In this document: in pieces, positions 9,344 through 19,507 of the stretch | Position numbering within the stretch: the stretch's first letter is position 1 | Layout: every line of letters starts with the position of its first letter | IMG/VR virus record: IMGVR_UViG_3300032307_000180 | Location: 2,045-66,044 of that record | Origin: a virus | Lineage: Duplodnaviria > Caudoviricetes | Length of the DNA: 64,000 bases | Reading direction: 5' to 3' (one strand) | The notes under the pieces: generated by a model | Database searches by the model: none | What the model saw: only the letters and a program-made list of their open reading frames with translations | Told to the model about the DNA's origin: nothing | Translations under genes and position numbers: made by a program

Positions 9344-9762
9344 TTACTCAAACACAATGCACCGTATTTAAGGTCAATTTATTAAAGGGTTTGGAGAACT
9401 TCAACACTGGTTCTCCTTATACCTACAAGATTGCTTTGTACAATGCCAACGCTGACCTTGACGCTAATACCACAGTGTATACAACTCAAAACGAAGCGAC
9501 TGGCACTGGCTATACAGCGGGCGGTTCAACCTTGGTTCCAACCGTTCCGACCAGCGGCAACACTACTGCGTTTATCAACTTTGCTAATGTTACATGGCCA
9601 TCTTCTAGCTTTACTGTTAGGGGTGCGTTAATCTACAATAGCACTACAAGTGCAGCAGTTGCGGTATTGAATTTTGGGTCTGATAAAACTGTTAATAATC
9701 AGACTTTTACTGTAACATTCCCAGCAGCAACGGCAGATACTGCTGTCATTCGAATTAGTTAA
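9340..9762 (+). CDS. Putative tail/fibre structural subunit
   Basis: Motifs KIALY, GTGYTAGG, RGALIYN, FGSDKT; beta-rich. Confidence 0.6.
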   Translation: MITQTQCTVFKVNLLKGLENFNTGSPYTYKIALYNANADLDANTTVYTTQNEATGTGYTAGGSTLVPTVPTSGNTTAFINFANVTWPSSSFTVRGALIYNSTTSAAVAVLNFGSDKTVNNQTFTVTFPAATADTAVIRIS

Positions 9763-9771
9763 GGAGCATTT

Positions 9772-10368
9772 ATGAGCAATATAGATAAAGCAAAATTTGG
9801 AGATAGTTGCGCAGCGACTGCTTCTTACGGTGGCGGTTCAGAAGAATCCGTTGGTTTGCAAGGCGTTTATGTAGCAACTTGCTATGACGCTGACGGCAAT
9901 GAAAAATGGTCAGACGTTATTGAGAACCTAACAACTAACGTAGGCCGTGCTAACTTGATGGATTCATACTTTGCCAACACAGGTGGTGGCGCTATTGTTA
10001 TGGGTCTAGGCGGTGCCAACGCATCTGCAACTTTTACTCCAGCTTATGCTGACACTCAAGCAAGCCATGCAGGCTGGTTTGAAGTAGGTGGTGCTAACGC
10101 TCCTACATACTCTGGTACACGTAAAACTCCATCGTTTTCTGCATCTACAGTAGCTAACCCATCAGTATTGTCAACAAGTGCGTCTGTGACTTTTTCAATG
10201 ACTGGTTCAGGAACTGTTTACGGTGCGTTCATTAACGTTGGTGGTTCTACAGCGATTGATAACACCACAGGCACATTGTTCAGCATCGGTCAATTTACGG
10301 CTGGTTCAAAAACTGTAACCTCTGGCGATACAATTAACGTAACTTATACATTATCAGCTGCTGGTTAA
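9772..10368 (+). CDS. Putative tail/fibre structural subunit
   Basis: Strong RBS; G/S/T-rich with C-terminal VTSGDTINVTYT. Confidence 0.6.
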   Translation: MSNIDKAKFGDSCAATASYGGGSEESVGLQGVYVATCYDADGNEKWSDVIENLTTNVGRANLMDSYFANTGGGAIVMGLGGANASATFTPAYADTQASHAGWFEVGGANAPTYSGTRKTPSFSASTVANPSVLSTSASVTFSMTGSGTVYGAFINVGGSTAIDNTTGTLFSIGQFTAGSKTVTSGDTINVTYTLSAAG

Positions 10369-10369
10369 T

Positions 10370-10951
10370 ATGTTTTATACATATGCGCACTATACCCCGC
10401 AAGGTAGGCTTTTCTACATCGGAAAAGGTCAGGGGAAGCGTGCGCAGTCTTTAAAAGGACGAAATAAGTATTGGCACAGAGTGGTACAAAAGCACGGCAA
10501 ACCAAATGTTCAAGTGTTAGCAAGTTGGAAAACCGATGAAGAAGCTTGTAGCCACGAAATATTACTTATTGAATGTTTTAAAGACCTTGGGTATAACCTT
10601 TGTAATATGACCGCTGGTGGTGAAGGCACTTATGGCGTTGCCCCGTGGAATAAAGGAAAGCCTTGGAGCGAAGAAGTAAAGCTTAAACAAGGTGTAAAAA
10701 ACGTAGGCAATAAAAATTGGGTTGGTAGAAAACATTCAGCCGAAGCAATCAATAAACAAAAACAAGCTAAAGTAAAGTTTAAATTTATTGGTACATGTAT
10801 AAGTACTGGAAAAACAGTTACTATTCTTGGTAAAGGCGCCATGAAAGATTTTGGTTTTACTTCAACGCACGTGTACAGATGTGCTGATGGTAAATCTCCA
10901 TCACATAAAGGGTATACTTGGCGTAAAGAATTATTGGGGGCTACATGCTAG
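10370..10951 (+). CDS. Free-standing GIY-YIG-type homing endonuclease with NUMOD3-like motifs
   Basis: YTYAH...FYIGKG..R, conserved E and N (NMTAGGEG), PWNKGK, GRKHSAE, C-terminal HTH. AT-richer than its flanks. Confidence 0.8.
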   Translation: MFYTYAHYTPQGRLFYIGKGQGKRAQSLKGRNKYWHRVVQKHGKPNVQVLASWKTDEEACSHEILLIECFKDLGYNLCNMTAGGEGTYGVAPWNKGKPWSEEVKLKQGVKNVGNKNWVGRKHSAEAINKQKQAKVKFKFIGTCISTGKTVTILGKGAMKDFGFTSTHVYRCADGKSPSHKGYTWRKELLGATC

Positions 10952-11802
10952 TTCTTGCCGATAGAGTCCAAGAAACTACAACCACTACAGGCACAGGCAC
11001 GGTAACACTTGCAGGTGCTGTGCAAGGGTTTCAAACATTTTCTTCTGGTATTGGCGTTGGTAATACAACGTTTTACACGATTGCTGATCAAGGCGGTTCA
11101 AACTGGGAAGTTGGCGTAGGCAGTGTTGGCTCAGGAACTTTAAGCCGTGACACGGTTCTTGCATCTTCTAACGGCGGTTCACTAGTTAACTTCGGGTTTG
11201 GCACAAAGACTGCGTTTGTAACCTATCCGTCTGAAAAGTCAGTCAATCTTGACATAGCTGGTAACGTTAACATTCCTAATCAGCTTGTTATTGAGAACAC
11301 GGCTCTTACTTCATCAAACACCAGTAACTTGGTTGTTGGTGGGCCGTTAAGTTTTAGCGATACAGGCATTGCATCTAACTTTGTTGGTACGGTAAATAAC
11401 TATTACCAAGCGACCATCCAGAACTTATCTAATGGTTCAGCAGCGACAGCTGAGTTTATTGCTTATAACGACCAAGGTTCTTCTACAGATAACTACGCTG
11501 CCATGGGTATTAACTCATCTGGCTATGCTGGTACAGGTGCTATTAACGGTGCTGACCATGCGTATTTCATTTCAGGAAGCACAGACATTGTTGTCGGCAC
11601 GCTATCAAACAACAGTGTTCACATCGTAACAAACAGTTCTGCAACGGATGCAATCACAGTTAACGGCGTTGGTGCGGTGGCATTTAACGGTCAATACGGT
11701 TCTTCTGGGGAAGTTTTAGTATCAAACGGTTCTGGTACTCCACCTTCATGGGGTTCATCTCCAGTCGATCAAGCGTACTTCTTATCTTTTATGATGGGCT
11801 AA
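10945..11802 (+). CDS. Tail fibre-like protein
   Basis: ADRVQETTTTTGTG N-terminal module; GSSGEVLVSNGSGTPPSW fibre motif. Confidence 0.65.
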   Translation: MLVLADRVQETTTTTGTGTVTLAGAVQGFQTFSSGIGVGNTTFYTIADQGGSNWEVGVGSVGSGTLSRDTVLASSNGGSLVNFGFGTKTAFVTYPSEKSVNLDIAGNVNIPNQLVIENTALTSSNTSNLVVGGPLSFSDTGIASNFVGTVNNYYQATIQNLSNGSAATAEFIAYNDQGSSTDNYAAMGINSSGYAGTGAINGADHAYFISGSTDIVVGTLSNNSVHIVTNSSATDAITVNGVGAVAFNGQYGSSGEVLVSNGSGTPPSWGSSPVDQAYFLSFMMG

Positions 11803-11803
11803 T

Positions 11804-12130
11804 ATGGCAACTTATTCAAACACCTCATACGTAGCCAAGAACGTTGGCACATCAGCGGTAAACATCATTCCTAGCGTATCTTCTGGGACTGTGGCAATTG
11901 CCAGCTGTATCATTTCAAACACTTCAGTTTCGCCAATCACGACATCTGTTTACTTGACACGTAGCTCAGTGAACCACTATTTGGTGTATCAGGCGACTAT
12001 TCCTGTGGGTGGCTCTCTTGAAGTCATTCAGGGAAACCGAGTAGTGCTAAATACCAGTGATGCGTTGTATATTCAGAACAGCGCAGCTTCTTCAGGCGAT
12101 GCGATTGTGAGTGCGTTAACAGCCCAATAA
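11804..12130 (+). CDS. Putative fibre-associated protein
   Basis: Tightly packed; beta-rich with IPVGGSLEVI and VVLNTSD. Confidence 0.65.
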   Translation: MATYSNTSYVAKNVGTSAVNIIPSVSSGTVAIASCIISNTSVSPITTSVYLTRSSVNHYLVYQATIPVGGSLEVIQGNRVVLNTSDALYIQNSAASSGDAIVSALTAQ

Positions 12131-12131
12131 G

Positions 12132-12695
12132 ATGAATTCTGGAATCTACCAACTAACCCATAAAGATACAGGCCGTATCTACATTGGGCAATCCACAAAC
12201 CTTAAAAATAGATTTAAAGGTTATAAAGGATCTGGCGGTTCTGGAAATGGTAATAGCGTTATTAAACGGGCTATCAAAAAGCACGGCTGGGGTTCTTTTG
12301 ATGCAAAGGTGTTGGTTTACTGTGACGGCAAAGAATACTTAAATGAGCTAGAAATAAAGTGTATTGCACTCTACAATAGCTTGGCTCCTAATGGATTTAA
12401 TGTTGAACTTGGTGGCGGTAACTCGCCTATAGCGGAAGCTACTAAACAAGCCATATCAAAAGCAAATAAAGGTAGGGTTCTTACAGAAGAACAGCGTAAA
12501 AAATTAAGTGATATACATAAAGCAAGATGGGCAGCGATGCCAGAGGAAACTCTTAGTAAGTACCGTGAACTTGGCAAAACTAGAAATTTAGGTAAACCCA
12601 TGTCAGATGAGCAGAAGAAAAAAATTTCTGAAACTAGAAAGAAACGGTTTGCTGACGGAACATTAGTTCACTACACAAAGACTAAAAAGGTGTAA
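12132..12695 (+). CDS. Free-standing GIY-YIG homing endonuclease (Seg-like)
   Basis: SGIY-x10-YIGQS..L..R, E, PNGFN, and NUMOD3 repeats (EATKQAIS, EEQRKKLS, DEQKKKIS). Confidence 0.9.
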   Translation: MNSGIYQLTHKDTGRIYIGQSTNLKNRFKGYKGSGGSGNGNSVIKRAIKKHGWGSFDAKVLVYCDGKEYLNELEIKCIALYNSLAPNGFNVELGGGNSPIAEATKQAISKANKGRVLTEEQRKKLSDIHKARWAAMPEETLSKYRELGKTRNLGKPMSDEQKKKISETRKKRFADGTLVHYTKTKKV

Positions 12696-12697
12696 TC

Positions 12698-14131
12698 GTG
12701 GCGTACATAGGCAACAACATACAAAATCAAGGATTCTCCCCAGCGGTTGATTATTTCAACGGTGATGGCACGACTGTTACCTTTACTTTAAGCCGTCCTG
12801 TAGCTTCAGTAGCTCAGTTAACTGCGGTTATTGAGAACGTTATTCAGAACCCAAGCACAGCGTTTAACGTGTCTGGTAACGAAATCACATTTACTTCAGC
12901 TCCTCCAGCTGGGTCAAACAACATCTGGGTTGAGTACACAAGCTTAGTAACAACCTACGCTGCCATCTCTCAAGACCCATCGGTGATTGGTGACATCACT
13001 GCGACTGGTGGTTACTTGGCTGAAGGTGATTTTGGTAACTCATTTATTGACGGCACGATTGTTGACTATGTGTCAGGTAACGCCCGTATCACGACTGGCC
13101 CATCAGATGCCATGACATTTTATAACGGTGGCACAAGCTCTAGAACAGCCATGGGTACATTTGATACTTCAGGCAACTTCACCAATAACGCTACTGGCTA
13201 TACAAGGATTTCTACAGGCACTACTGCTCAAAGGCCTGGAACACCTACAGCTGGTATGCACAGGATGAACACTACTACTGGGTTTGCTGAATACTGGAAT
13301 GGTTCTCAGTGGGCTTCTTATGGAAGTATATCTACAACAGCAATTGATTATCTTGTTGTTGCTGGCGGTGGCGGCGGTGGTGGTTCCGCTGGTGATGGAT
13401 GGAACGCTGGCGGTGGCGGTGCTGGTGGGATGGTTAGTGGATCTGGATTAACCGTATTACCAGGCACTTCATACACAATTACTGTTGGAGCTGGTGGAGG
13501 TTCTGGTACTCCAACATCTTCTAATAATGGCGCTGCAACAACACAGGGCGGTGACGGCGGTGGGTCATCTATTGGGTCTTTGGTTACTACTGTAGGAGGC
13601 GGTGGCGGCGGTGCTGCTTCTGGCACTGGTGCATCAGGTTCAAAAACATCTGGTCGAAACGGTGGTTCAGGTGGTGGCGCAGGGATTAACTTTGGCGGCT
13701 CAACTCCGCCAGGAGGCTCAGGCACATCTGGGCAAGGTAATTCAGGTGGTAGTGGAGCTACAGGTGGTAGTGGTTGGGGTGGCGCAGGTGGCGGTAAAAA
13801 CGCAGCTGGCACTTCTAATACATCTGGCGGTGGCGGCGGTGCTGGTGCTGCTTCATCAATTACTGGCACCTCTGTAACTTATGCCACTGGTGGCGGTACA
13901 GCAACAAGCAGTTCTCCATCTAATGCAGCGGCAAACACTGGTAACGGTGGCGATAGCGCTATATTACCAGCAGGTACTTCGGCTCCATCAGGTAACGGAG
14001 GTTCAGGAATTGTTGTAATTTCTTACCCATTAACATTTAACGCAGCGTCTGCATCAGGTTCATTTAGTGTATCTATTGTTGGGTCAAACCGCGTATATAT
14101 TTTTACAGGCTCTGGAACAATAACTTTCTAA
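12698..14131 (+). CDS. Tail fibre/receptor-binding protein with Gly-rich domain
   Basis: MAYIGN anchor, GTTAQRP motif, YLVVAGGGGG...GGSGIVVISY Gly-rich domain. Confidence 0.75.
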   Translation: MAYIGNNIQNQGFSPAVDYFNGDGTTVTFTLSRPVASVAQLTAVIENVIQNPSTAFNVSGNEITFTSAPPAGSNNIWVEYTSLVTTYAAISQDPSVIGDITATGGYLAEGDFGNSFIDGTIVDYVSGNARITTGPSDAMTFYNGGTSSRTAMGTFDTSGNFTNNATGYTRISTGTTAQRPGTPTAGMHRMNTTTGFAEYWNGSQWASYGSISTTAIDYLVVAGGGGGGGSAGDGWNAGGGGAGGMVSGSGLTVLPGTSYTITVGAGGGSGTPTSSNNGAATTQGGDGGGSSIGSLVTTVGGGGGGAASGTGASGSKTSGRNGGSGGGAGINFGGSTPPGGSGTSGQGNSGGSGATGGSGWGGAGGGKNAAGTSNTSGGGGGAGAASSITGTSVTYATGGGTATSSSPSNAAANTGNGGDSAILPAGTSAPSGNGGSGIVVISYPLTFNAASASGSFSVSIVGSNRVYIFTGSGTITF

Positions 14132-14140
14132 GGATTAAAC

Positions 14141-14491
14141 ATGGCACATTTTGCAAAAGTAGTAGACGGCGTAGTAACACAAGTTATTGTTGCCGAACCA
14201 GAATTCTTCCAAACATTTGTGGACTCAAGCCCAGGTGAGTGGATTCAAACTTCATATAACACTATTGGTGGTGAGCATAAGCTAGGGGGTACACCATTGC
14301 GTAAAAACTACGCTGGTATTGGATTCACTTATGACCGTGAAAAAGATGCTTTCATCCCACCAAAACCATTTGCTTCTTGGGTTCTAAACGAGGATACTTG
14401 TCTTTGGGACGCGCCCGTAGCTATGCCTGATGACGGCAAGATTTATGTATGGGACGAAGCAACAACTAACTGGGTTGAAAGAACTGAATAA
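14141..14491 (+). CDS. Partner protein of the Gly-rich fibre (putative chaperone)
   Basis: Motifs MAHFAK, WIQTSYN, RKNYAGIG, DAFIPPKP. Confidence 0.7.
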   Translation: MAHFAKVVDGVVTQVIVAEPEFFQTFVDSSPGEWIQTSYNTIGGEHKLGGTPLRKNYAGIGFTYDREKDAFIPPKPFASWVLNEDTCLWDAPVAMPDDGKIYVWDEATTNWVERTE

Positions 14492-15150
14492 TGCCAATCA
14501 GCCAAATAGTCACAAACAGTATTGCTAACGAAGCCGTTGTAACCGCTGACCTAGCTAATAGCGCCGTTACTACCGTAAAGATTGCAGACAGTGCTGTAAC
14601 AAATGCGAAGGTGGATACTGTTGCTGCGACTAAATTAACTGGCACCATAGCGGCAGCTAGGTTACCAACGGGCAGTGTTTTGCAAGTTGCTAGTGCTACG
14701 ACAAATAGTTCATTTAGCACGTCAGCCACTAGCTTTACAGACATAACTGGGATGTCGGTAACAATTACGCCATCATCAAGTACCAGTAAAATATTGGTAA
14801 TGGGCCATATGCAAGTCGGTGGCAGTGATGATTCTCGATACAGTGCTTTTAGGTTAACTCGTAATAACACAAGTCTTGTTGAAGGTGATAAAGGTGGTAA
14901 TAACGGTACAAATGCGTTTGTAAGTTGTGGTGGTCAAAACGGTAATCAAAGACCCTACACAAACGAAAGTATGGCGTTTAATTATCTTGATTCGCCTTCA
15001 TCAACATCCGCATTAACTTATCGTATGCAGGTAAATCCAAACGCAGCGTTTACTGGCCGTATATTTTATTTAAACAGACCTCAAAACACAGACGATAACT
15101 TAAGAATATGGACTGTTTCAACAATTACAGTAATGGAAATTGCGGGATGA
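14491..15150 (+). CDS. Tail fibre tip-like protein
   Basis: 10-aa VTTAKIAD-type repeats, GSVLQV, SVTITPSSSTSKILV, ITVMEIAG. Confidence 0.7.
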   Translation: MPISQIVTNSIANEAVVTADLANSAVTTVKIADSAVTNAKVDTVAATKLTGTIAAARLPTGSVLQVASATTNSSFSTSATSFTDITGMSVTITPSSSTSKILVMGHMQVGGSDDSRYSAFRLTRNNTSLVEGDKGGNNGTNAFVSCGGQNGNQRPYTNESMAFNYLDSPSSTSALTYRMQVNPNAAFTGRIFYLNRPQNTDDNLRIWTVSTITVMEIAG

Positions 15151-15443
15151 GAGATTTAACTAAAGCCATTATTTCACTGTACCCAACAGCTTTATGGGAT
15201 TTAAACGGTAACGAATACAGTGGTCTTGTATGGCGTTCAGAAGATATTGCAAAACCAACCGAAGCTGAATTGATTGCTGAGTGTGACCGCCTTCAAGCAG
15301 AGTATGAGGCCAACGAATACCAGCGCAACCGCGCCTCAGAATACCCATCAATTGCTGACCAACTGGACACCCTTTACCATGGCGGTTATGATGCTTGGAA
15401 GGCACAAGTTAAAGCAGTAAAAGACAAATATCCGAAAGCGTAA
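15147..15443 (+). CDS. Putative fibre assembly chaperone
   Basis: ATGA overlap; YQRNRASEYPSIADQLD...VKDKYPK. Confidence 0.65.
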   Translation: MRDLTKAIISLYPTALWDLNGNEYSGLVWRSEDIAKPTEAELIAECDRLQAEYEANEYQRNRASEYPSIADQLDTLYHGGYDAWKAQVKAVKDKYPKA

Positions 15444-15445
15444 AA

Positions 15446-17122
15446 ATGGCGTACATAGGTAATCCAATCTACCAGTCAGCGTTTGTAACCGACCAATTTT
15501 CTGGTGATGGTACAACTACGGCTTTCACAATGTCAGTGTCCCCTGCTGGCGTATCTAACGTTCTTGTTGCCGTTTCTGGTGTTCTTCAAGATCCGTCTAC
15601 TTATGGTGTCGTAGGTACAACAATCAACTTCTCAACTGCGCCGCCTTCAGGTACAGGTAACATTTCATGCCGTTATTTGGGCGTTCCAGTAACAGGCGTT
15701 ACAACCACAGCTTATCGCACGGTCACAGAGTTCACAGCAACTGCCAGCCAGACGACATTCACTCCGCCTTCTTATGCGGTTGGCTTCATTAACGTTTATC
15801 GTAACGGCGTGTTATTGGGTTCAGCTGACTACACGGCATCTAACGGAACCACAGTAGTTCTAGCCACAGGTGCAACAGCTGGCGATCTAATCACGGTTGA
15901 GTCATTCCAAATCAGCTCCGTAGCTAACGCCATTCAAAATACAGCTGGTTCAGTGGGTACAAACAACATTGCTGGTGGTGCTGTTACAGCTGCAAAGATG
16001 GCATCGGCTTCTGTTGTTCTAACAAGCAGTACGGTTTCAGGCGTTCTCCCACAGGCCAACGGTGGTACAGGCACAACAGTTGGATATAACGGTTTTAAGA
16101 ACCGCATCATTAATGGTGATATGACCATCGATCAGAGGAACAACGGCGCAAGCGTAACGCCATCAATAACTTCTTTTCCTTGGCCTTATAGTGTTGATAG
16201 ATGGAGTACAGTACAAACGCAAGCATCTAAATTTAGCATCCAACAAAACGCTGGGGCAGTTACCCCACCTCCTGGATTTAGAAATTATTTAGGAATTACA
16301 GTTGGAGCTTCTGCCAACGTAACAGTTGGCGTTAATGATATATTCCAATATTTGCAGCGTATTGAAGGTTTTAACACTGCTGATTTAGATTGGGGTACTG
16401 CAAACGCATCTCCAGTAACATTGTCGTTTTGGGTTCGTAGTTCAATTGCTGGCACATTTGGCGGCGCTTTAGGCAACGTAAGTGATAACTATGTTTATCC
16501 GTATAGCTACACAATTAATGCTACAAACACTTGGGAATATAAAACAATCTCAATTACTGGCGCTACAGCAGGAACTTGGGGAACCACAAACGGTATTGGC
16601 ATAAACGTAACCATTGGTTTTGGCGCGGGAACAAACCAACAAAATACTCCAGGAGCATGGTCTACGTTATCTAGATTTGCGCCAACAGGACAAACAAATC
16701 TAATTGCAACTAACGGAGCAACCTTCTACATCACAGGTGTTCAACTAGAAAAAGGCTCTACGGCCACAAGTTTCGATGTCTTGCCCTACAGTACTGAATT
16801 GCAACTTTGTATGAGGTATTGTCAATTTAATCAATCTGGAGCTGGTAAATGGGACACAGGTGGAGTCCAATTTGCTGGTAGTGTTCCTGTTGTAGTTCCA
16901 ATGAGAACAACACCAAGTGTAACTATTATTAGCTCTTCGTCAGCGTTAGACCAACTTTATGTTGCTCGTAGAAATTTTATAGACACTCCAACATTTTATG
17001 ATGTAATTACTACTTCTGGTGGATTTACTGGTGGACAAGCGTATGTAAGCACATCAGCAGCGACAGGAAGTGCTGAAGGTATATTTATTGCTAATAAATG
17101 GCTATTGATTGCGGAGCTATGA
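15446..17122 (+). CDS. Tail fibre protein with carbohydrate-binding-like domain
   Basis: MAYIGN anchor; FKNRIINGDM...TGVQLEKGSTATSF...ELQLCMRY module. Confidence 0.75.
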   Translation: MAYIGNPIYQSAFVTDQFSGDGTTTAFTMSVSPAGVSNVLVAVSGVLQDPSTYGVVGTTINFSTAPPSGTGNISCRYLGVPVTGVTTTAYRTVTEFTATASQTTFTPPSYAVGFINVYRNGVLLGSADYTASNGTTVVLATGATAGDLITVESFQISSVANAIQNTAGSVGTNNIAGGAVTAAKMASASVVLTSSTVSGVLPQANGGTGTTVGYNGFKNRIINGDMTIDQRNNGASVTPSITSFPWPYSVDRWSTVQTQASKFSIQQNAGAVTPPPGFRNYLGITVGASANVTVGVNDIFQYLQRIEGFNTADLDWGTANASPVTLSFWVRSSIAGTFGGALGNVSDNYVYPYSYTINATNTWEYKTISITGATAGTWGTTNGIGINVTIGFGAGTNQQNTPGAWSTLSRFAPTGQTNLIATNGATFYITGVQLEKGSTATSFDVLPYSTELQLCMRYCQFNQSGAGKWDTGGVQFAGSVPVVVPMRTTPSVTIISSSSALDQLYVARRNFIDTPTFYDVITTSGGFTGGQAYVSTSAATGSAEGIFIANKWLLIAEL

Positions 17123-17286
17123 TGTATAAAGAAATGAAACACCCTTACGAAGCAACAATAATTGCAGTATTGCGGTTGTCTGATAACACATCAATTCCAT
17201 TTGACCCAGCCAACACCGATTACCAGGCTTACTTAGCATGGCTTGAAGAAGGCAACGAACCATTACCAGCTGAGGCAACAGAATGA
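17119..17286 (+). CDS. Small fibre chaperone-like protein
   Basis: ATGA overlap; IPFDPANTDYQAYLAWLEEGN. Confidence 0.7.
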   Translation: MMYKEMKHPYEATIIAVLRLSDNTSIPFDPANTDYQAYLAWLEEGNEPLPAEATE

Positions 17287-18248
17287 CAAGAGCAGCAGAC
17301 GTAGCATCTACAACCTTACCCTCATGGACGACTGCGAATAGACCTGCGAGTCCAGCTGTTGGTCAGCAGGGTTTGAACACGACATTAAACGTATTTGAAA
17401 TTTATAACGGCGTTTCTTGGCAAACAGTAACCGCACTTCAATATTCTGTTGAATATTTAGTAGTTGCTGGGGGCGGCGGTGGTGGTAGACGTCTAGGTGG
17501 CGGTGGCGGTGCGGGCGGTTATTTACAAGGAAGTTCAATAATAACGTCATCAACTGCATACTCAATAACCGTGGGCGGTGGCGGTGCAGGAGCAAATGCG
17601 GATAACGTGCCAGGATCTAATGGTTCTAATTCTGTTTTTGCTTCAATAGCAACATCAATAGGTGGCGGTGGCGGTGGTAGTAAAGATGCTAACCGAACAG
17701 ATGGTGGTTCAGGTGGTGGGGGTTCTTCTGGTGAAGGCGGAGCAGCGACTACTTCTGGCGGCTCAGGAACTGCTGGTCAAGGTAATGCTGGTGGTACTGG
17801 TGGGCCTGGAAACAACCCATACGTAGGTGGCGGTGGCGGCGGCGCAGGGGCCGTTGGTGGTAATTCTAGTTCTGCGGCAGCTGGTAATGGCGGTAACGGA
17901 CTTACATGGCTAAATGGTTCTACTTATGCAGGTGGTGGTGGTGGCGCTTGGTGGGGTACTGTAGGAACACTTCCACCAGCAGCAACTGGAGGTACTGGCG
18001 GTGGCGGAATAGGATTTAGTGCGTTTGGAGCTAACTCTGTAACCCCAGGTAGTGGTACAACTAATACTGGCGGTGGTGGTGGTGGTGGCGGTTGGACTGG
18101 TTCAAGCGGTGTTACTGGTGGAGCAGGTGGTTCTGGTATTGTCATCATTAGGTACCCTGGCGCACAGCGTGGATCTGGCGGTACAGTCACATCTGCTGGT
18201 GGGTTCACATATCACACTTTCACAACATCTGGCACATACACAGCATAA
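17283..18248 (+). CDS. Gly-rich fibre/receptor-binding protein
   Basis: WTTANRP, then EYLVVAGGGG...GGSGIVIIRY. Confidence 0.75.
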   Translation: MTRAADVASTTLPSWTTANRPASPAVGQQGLNTTLNVFEIYNGVSWQTVTALQYSVEYLVVAGGGGGGRRLGGGGGAGGYLQGSSIITSSTAYSITVGGGGAGANADNVPGSNGSNSVFASIATSIGGGGGGSKDANRTDGGSGGGGSSGEGGAATTSGGSGTAGQGNAGGTGGPGNNPYVGGGGGGAGAVGGNSSSAAAGNGGNGLTWLNGSTYAGGGGGAWWGTVGTLPPAATGGTGGGGIGFSAFGANSVTPGSGTTNTGGGGGGGGWTGSSGVTGGAGGSGIVIIRYPGAQRGSGGTVTSAGGFTYHTFTTSGTYTA

Positions 18249-18257
18249 GGATAAGAC

Positions 18258-19352
18258 ATGGCATTAACAACAGTTGACCAAGGCTTATTAAGCACCAACG
18301 CCCAATACACAGGGTTCAAGAACCGCATCATTAATGGGGCGATGCAGATCTCACAAAGGAACGTCACTTCTAGCGTTACACCTACTGCTGAAACTTATAC
18401 TTTAGATAGGTGGTCTGCTGAAATGTCGGCAAGCTCTAAATATTCAGTTCAACAAGATGCTGGTGGTGTTACTCCGCCAGTAGGATTTATAGATTATCTT
18501 GGCGTAACTTCTACTTCTGCTTACAGTGTTACATCAAGTGATTTTTTTGGTATCTTTCAAGTAATAGAGGGTTTTAATATTGCCGACTTAGCTTGGGGTA
18601 CAGCAAGTGCATCACCAGTAACCGTATCGTTTTGGGTTCGTTCTAGTCTTACTGGGACCTTTGGTGGGGCTATTGAAAATAGCGCTGGTAATCGTTCTTA
18701 CCCGTTTAGCTACACCATTTCTGCGGCAAACACTTGGGAATACAAAACCATAACTATTCCAGGCGACACAACTGGAACTTGGTTAACAAATAATGGTAGG
18801 GGAATAACCCTAAGATTTGGTTTGGGTGTTGGTTCTACATATAGCGGAACTGCTGGCTCATGGTCAGGCAGTCGTTTCTTCTCAACTACGGGGGCAAGAT
18901 CAGTAGTTGGCACTAGCGGAGCAACCTTCTACATCACAGGTGTCCAACTAGAAAAAGGCTCCACGGCCACGAGTTTTGATACCCGCTCCTATACAACCGA
19001 ATTGCAGCTTTGCCAACGCTATTACACAAAAACATATTTGGACGGTGTTGTTCCTGGAACATTTGCTTCACCTACTCAAGCAAACGCAATATGGAGTTCT
19101 GTACCAACTACAAATTCATACCCACAAATTGGACAATGGTTTTACCCAGTTACTATGAGGGCAGTGCCAACACTTGTTATTTACAACCCAAACACTGGCG
19201 TCATAAACAGTTTTAGAGGGGATAGTGATAATTATTCGCCAGCTAGTCCAAATAGCGTAGGGAATAAATGCGTAACTTTTTATGGTAACAATGTTAGCGT
19301 TGGAACTAGTGTATTTATTTCTGTTCAAGCCACAGCCAATGCGGAGTTATGA
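18258..19352 (+). CDS. Tail fibre protein, paralogue of the 15446..17122 C-terminal module
   Basis: FKNRIINGAM...TGVQLEKGSTATSF...ELQLCQRY. Confidence 0.75.
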   Translation: MALTTVDQGLLSTNAQYTGFKNRIINGAMQISQRNVTSSVTPTAETYTLDRWSAEMSASSKYSVQQDAGGVTPPVGFIDYLGVTSTSAYSVTSSDFFGIFQVIEGFNIADLAWGTASASPVTVSFWVRSSLTGTFGGAIENSAGNRSYPFSYTISAANTWEYKTITIPGDTTGTWLTNNGRGITLRFGLGVGSTYSGTAGSWSGSRFFSTTGARSVVGTSGATFYITGVQLEKGSTATSFDTRSYTTELQLCQRYYTKTYLDGVVPGTFASPTQANAIWSSVPTTNSYPQIGQWFYPVTMRAVPTLVIYNPNTGVINSFRGDSDNYSPASPNSVGNKCVTFYGNNVSVGTSVFISVQATANAEL

Positions 19353-19507
19353 TTATGTATAAACAAGTATCTTTAAAAGGCGTTATTCAAGATGTTGTGC
19401 TTCGTACTACAGACGGTGCTTACATCCCATTTGACCCAGACAACACAGACTACCAAGAGTACCTAAAGTGGCTTGAGGCTGGTAACACTCCACAGACTGC
19501 GGACTAA
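19349..19507 (+). CDS. Small fibre chaperone-like protein (not in ORF track)
   Basis: 52 aa read by hand, containing IPFDPDNTDYQEYLKWLEAGN. Paralogue of 17119..17286, overlap-coupled at both ends. Confidence 0.75.
   Translation: MIMYKQVSLKGVIQDVVLRTTDGAYIPFDPDNTDYQEYLKWLEAGNTPQTAD

Noticed and set aside
10370-12695. Group I introns around the homing endonucleases
   Set aside because: There is no non-coding room for intron core elements, and the flanking genes appear complete.
13348-18208. Pro-rich minus-strand ORFs (13348..13869, 17924..18208 and similar)
   Set aside because: They are antisense shadows of GGN-rich glycine codons, with no RBS or operon context.
15446-19352. Diversity-generating retroelement (TR/VR pair) in the fibre genes
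   Set aside because: No reverse transcriptase in the window. The repeat mismatches are synonymous and mostly C/T rather than adenine-specific, and both copies are coding.
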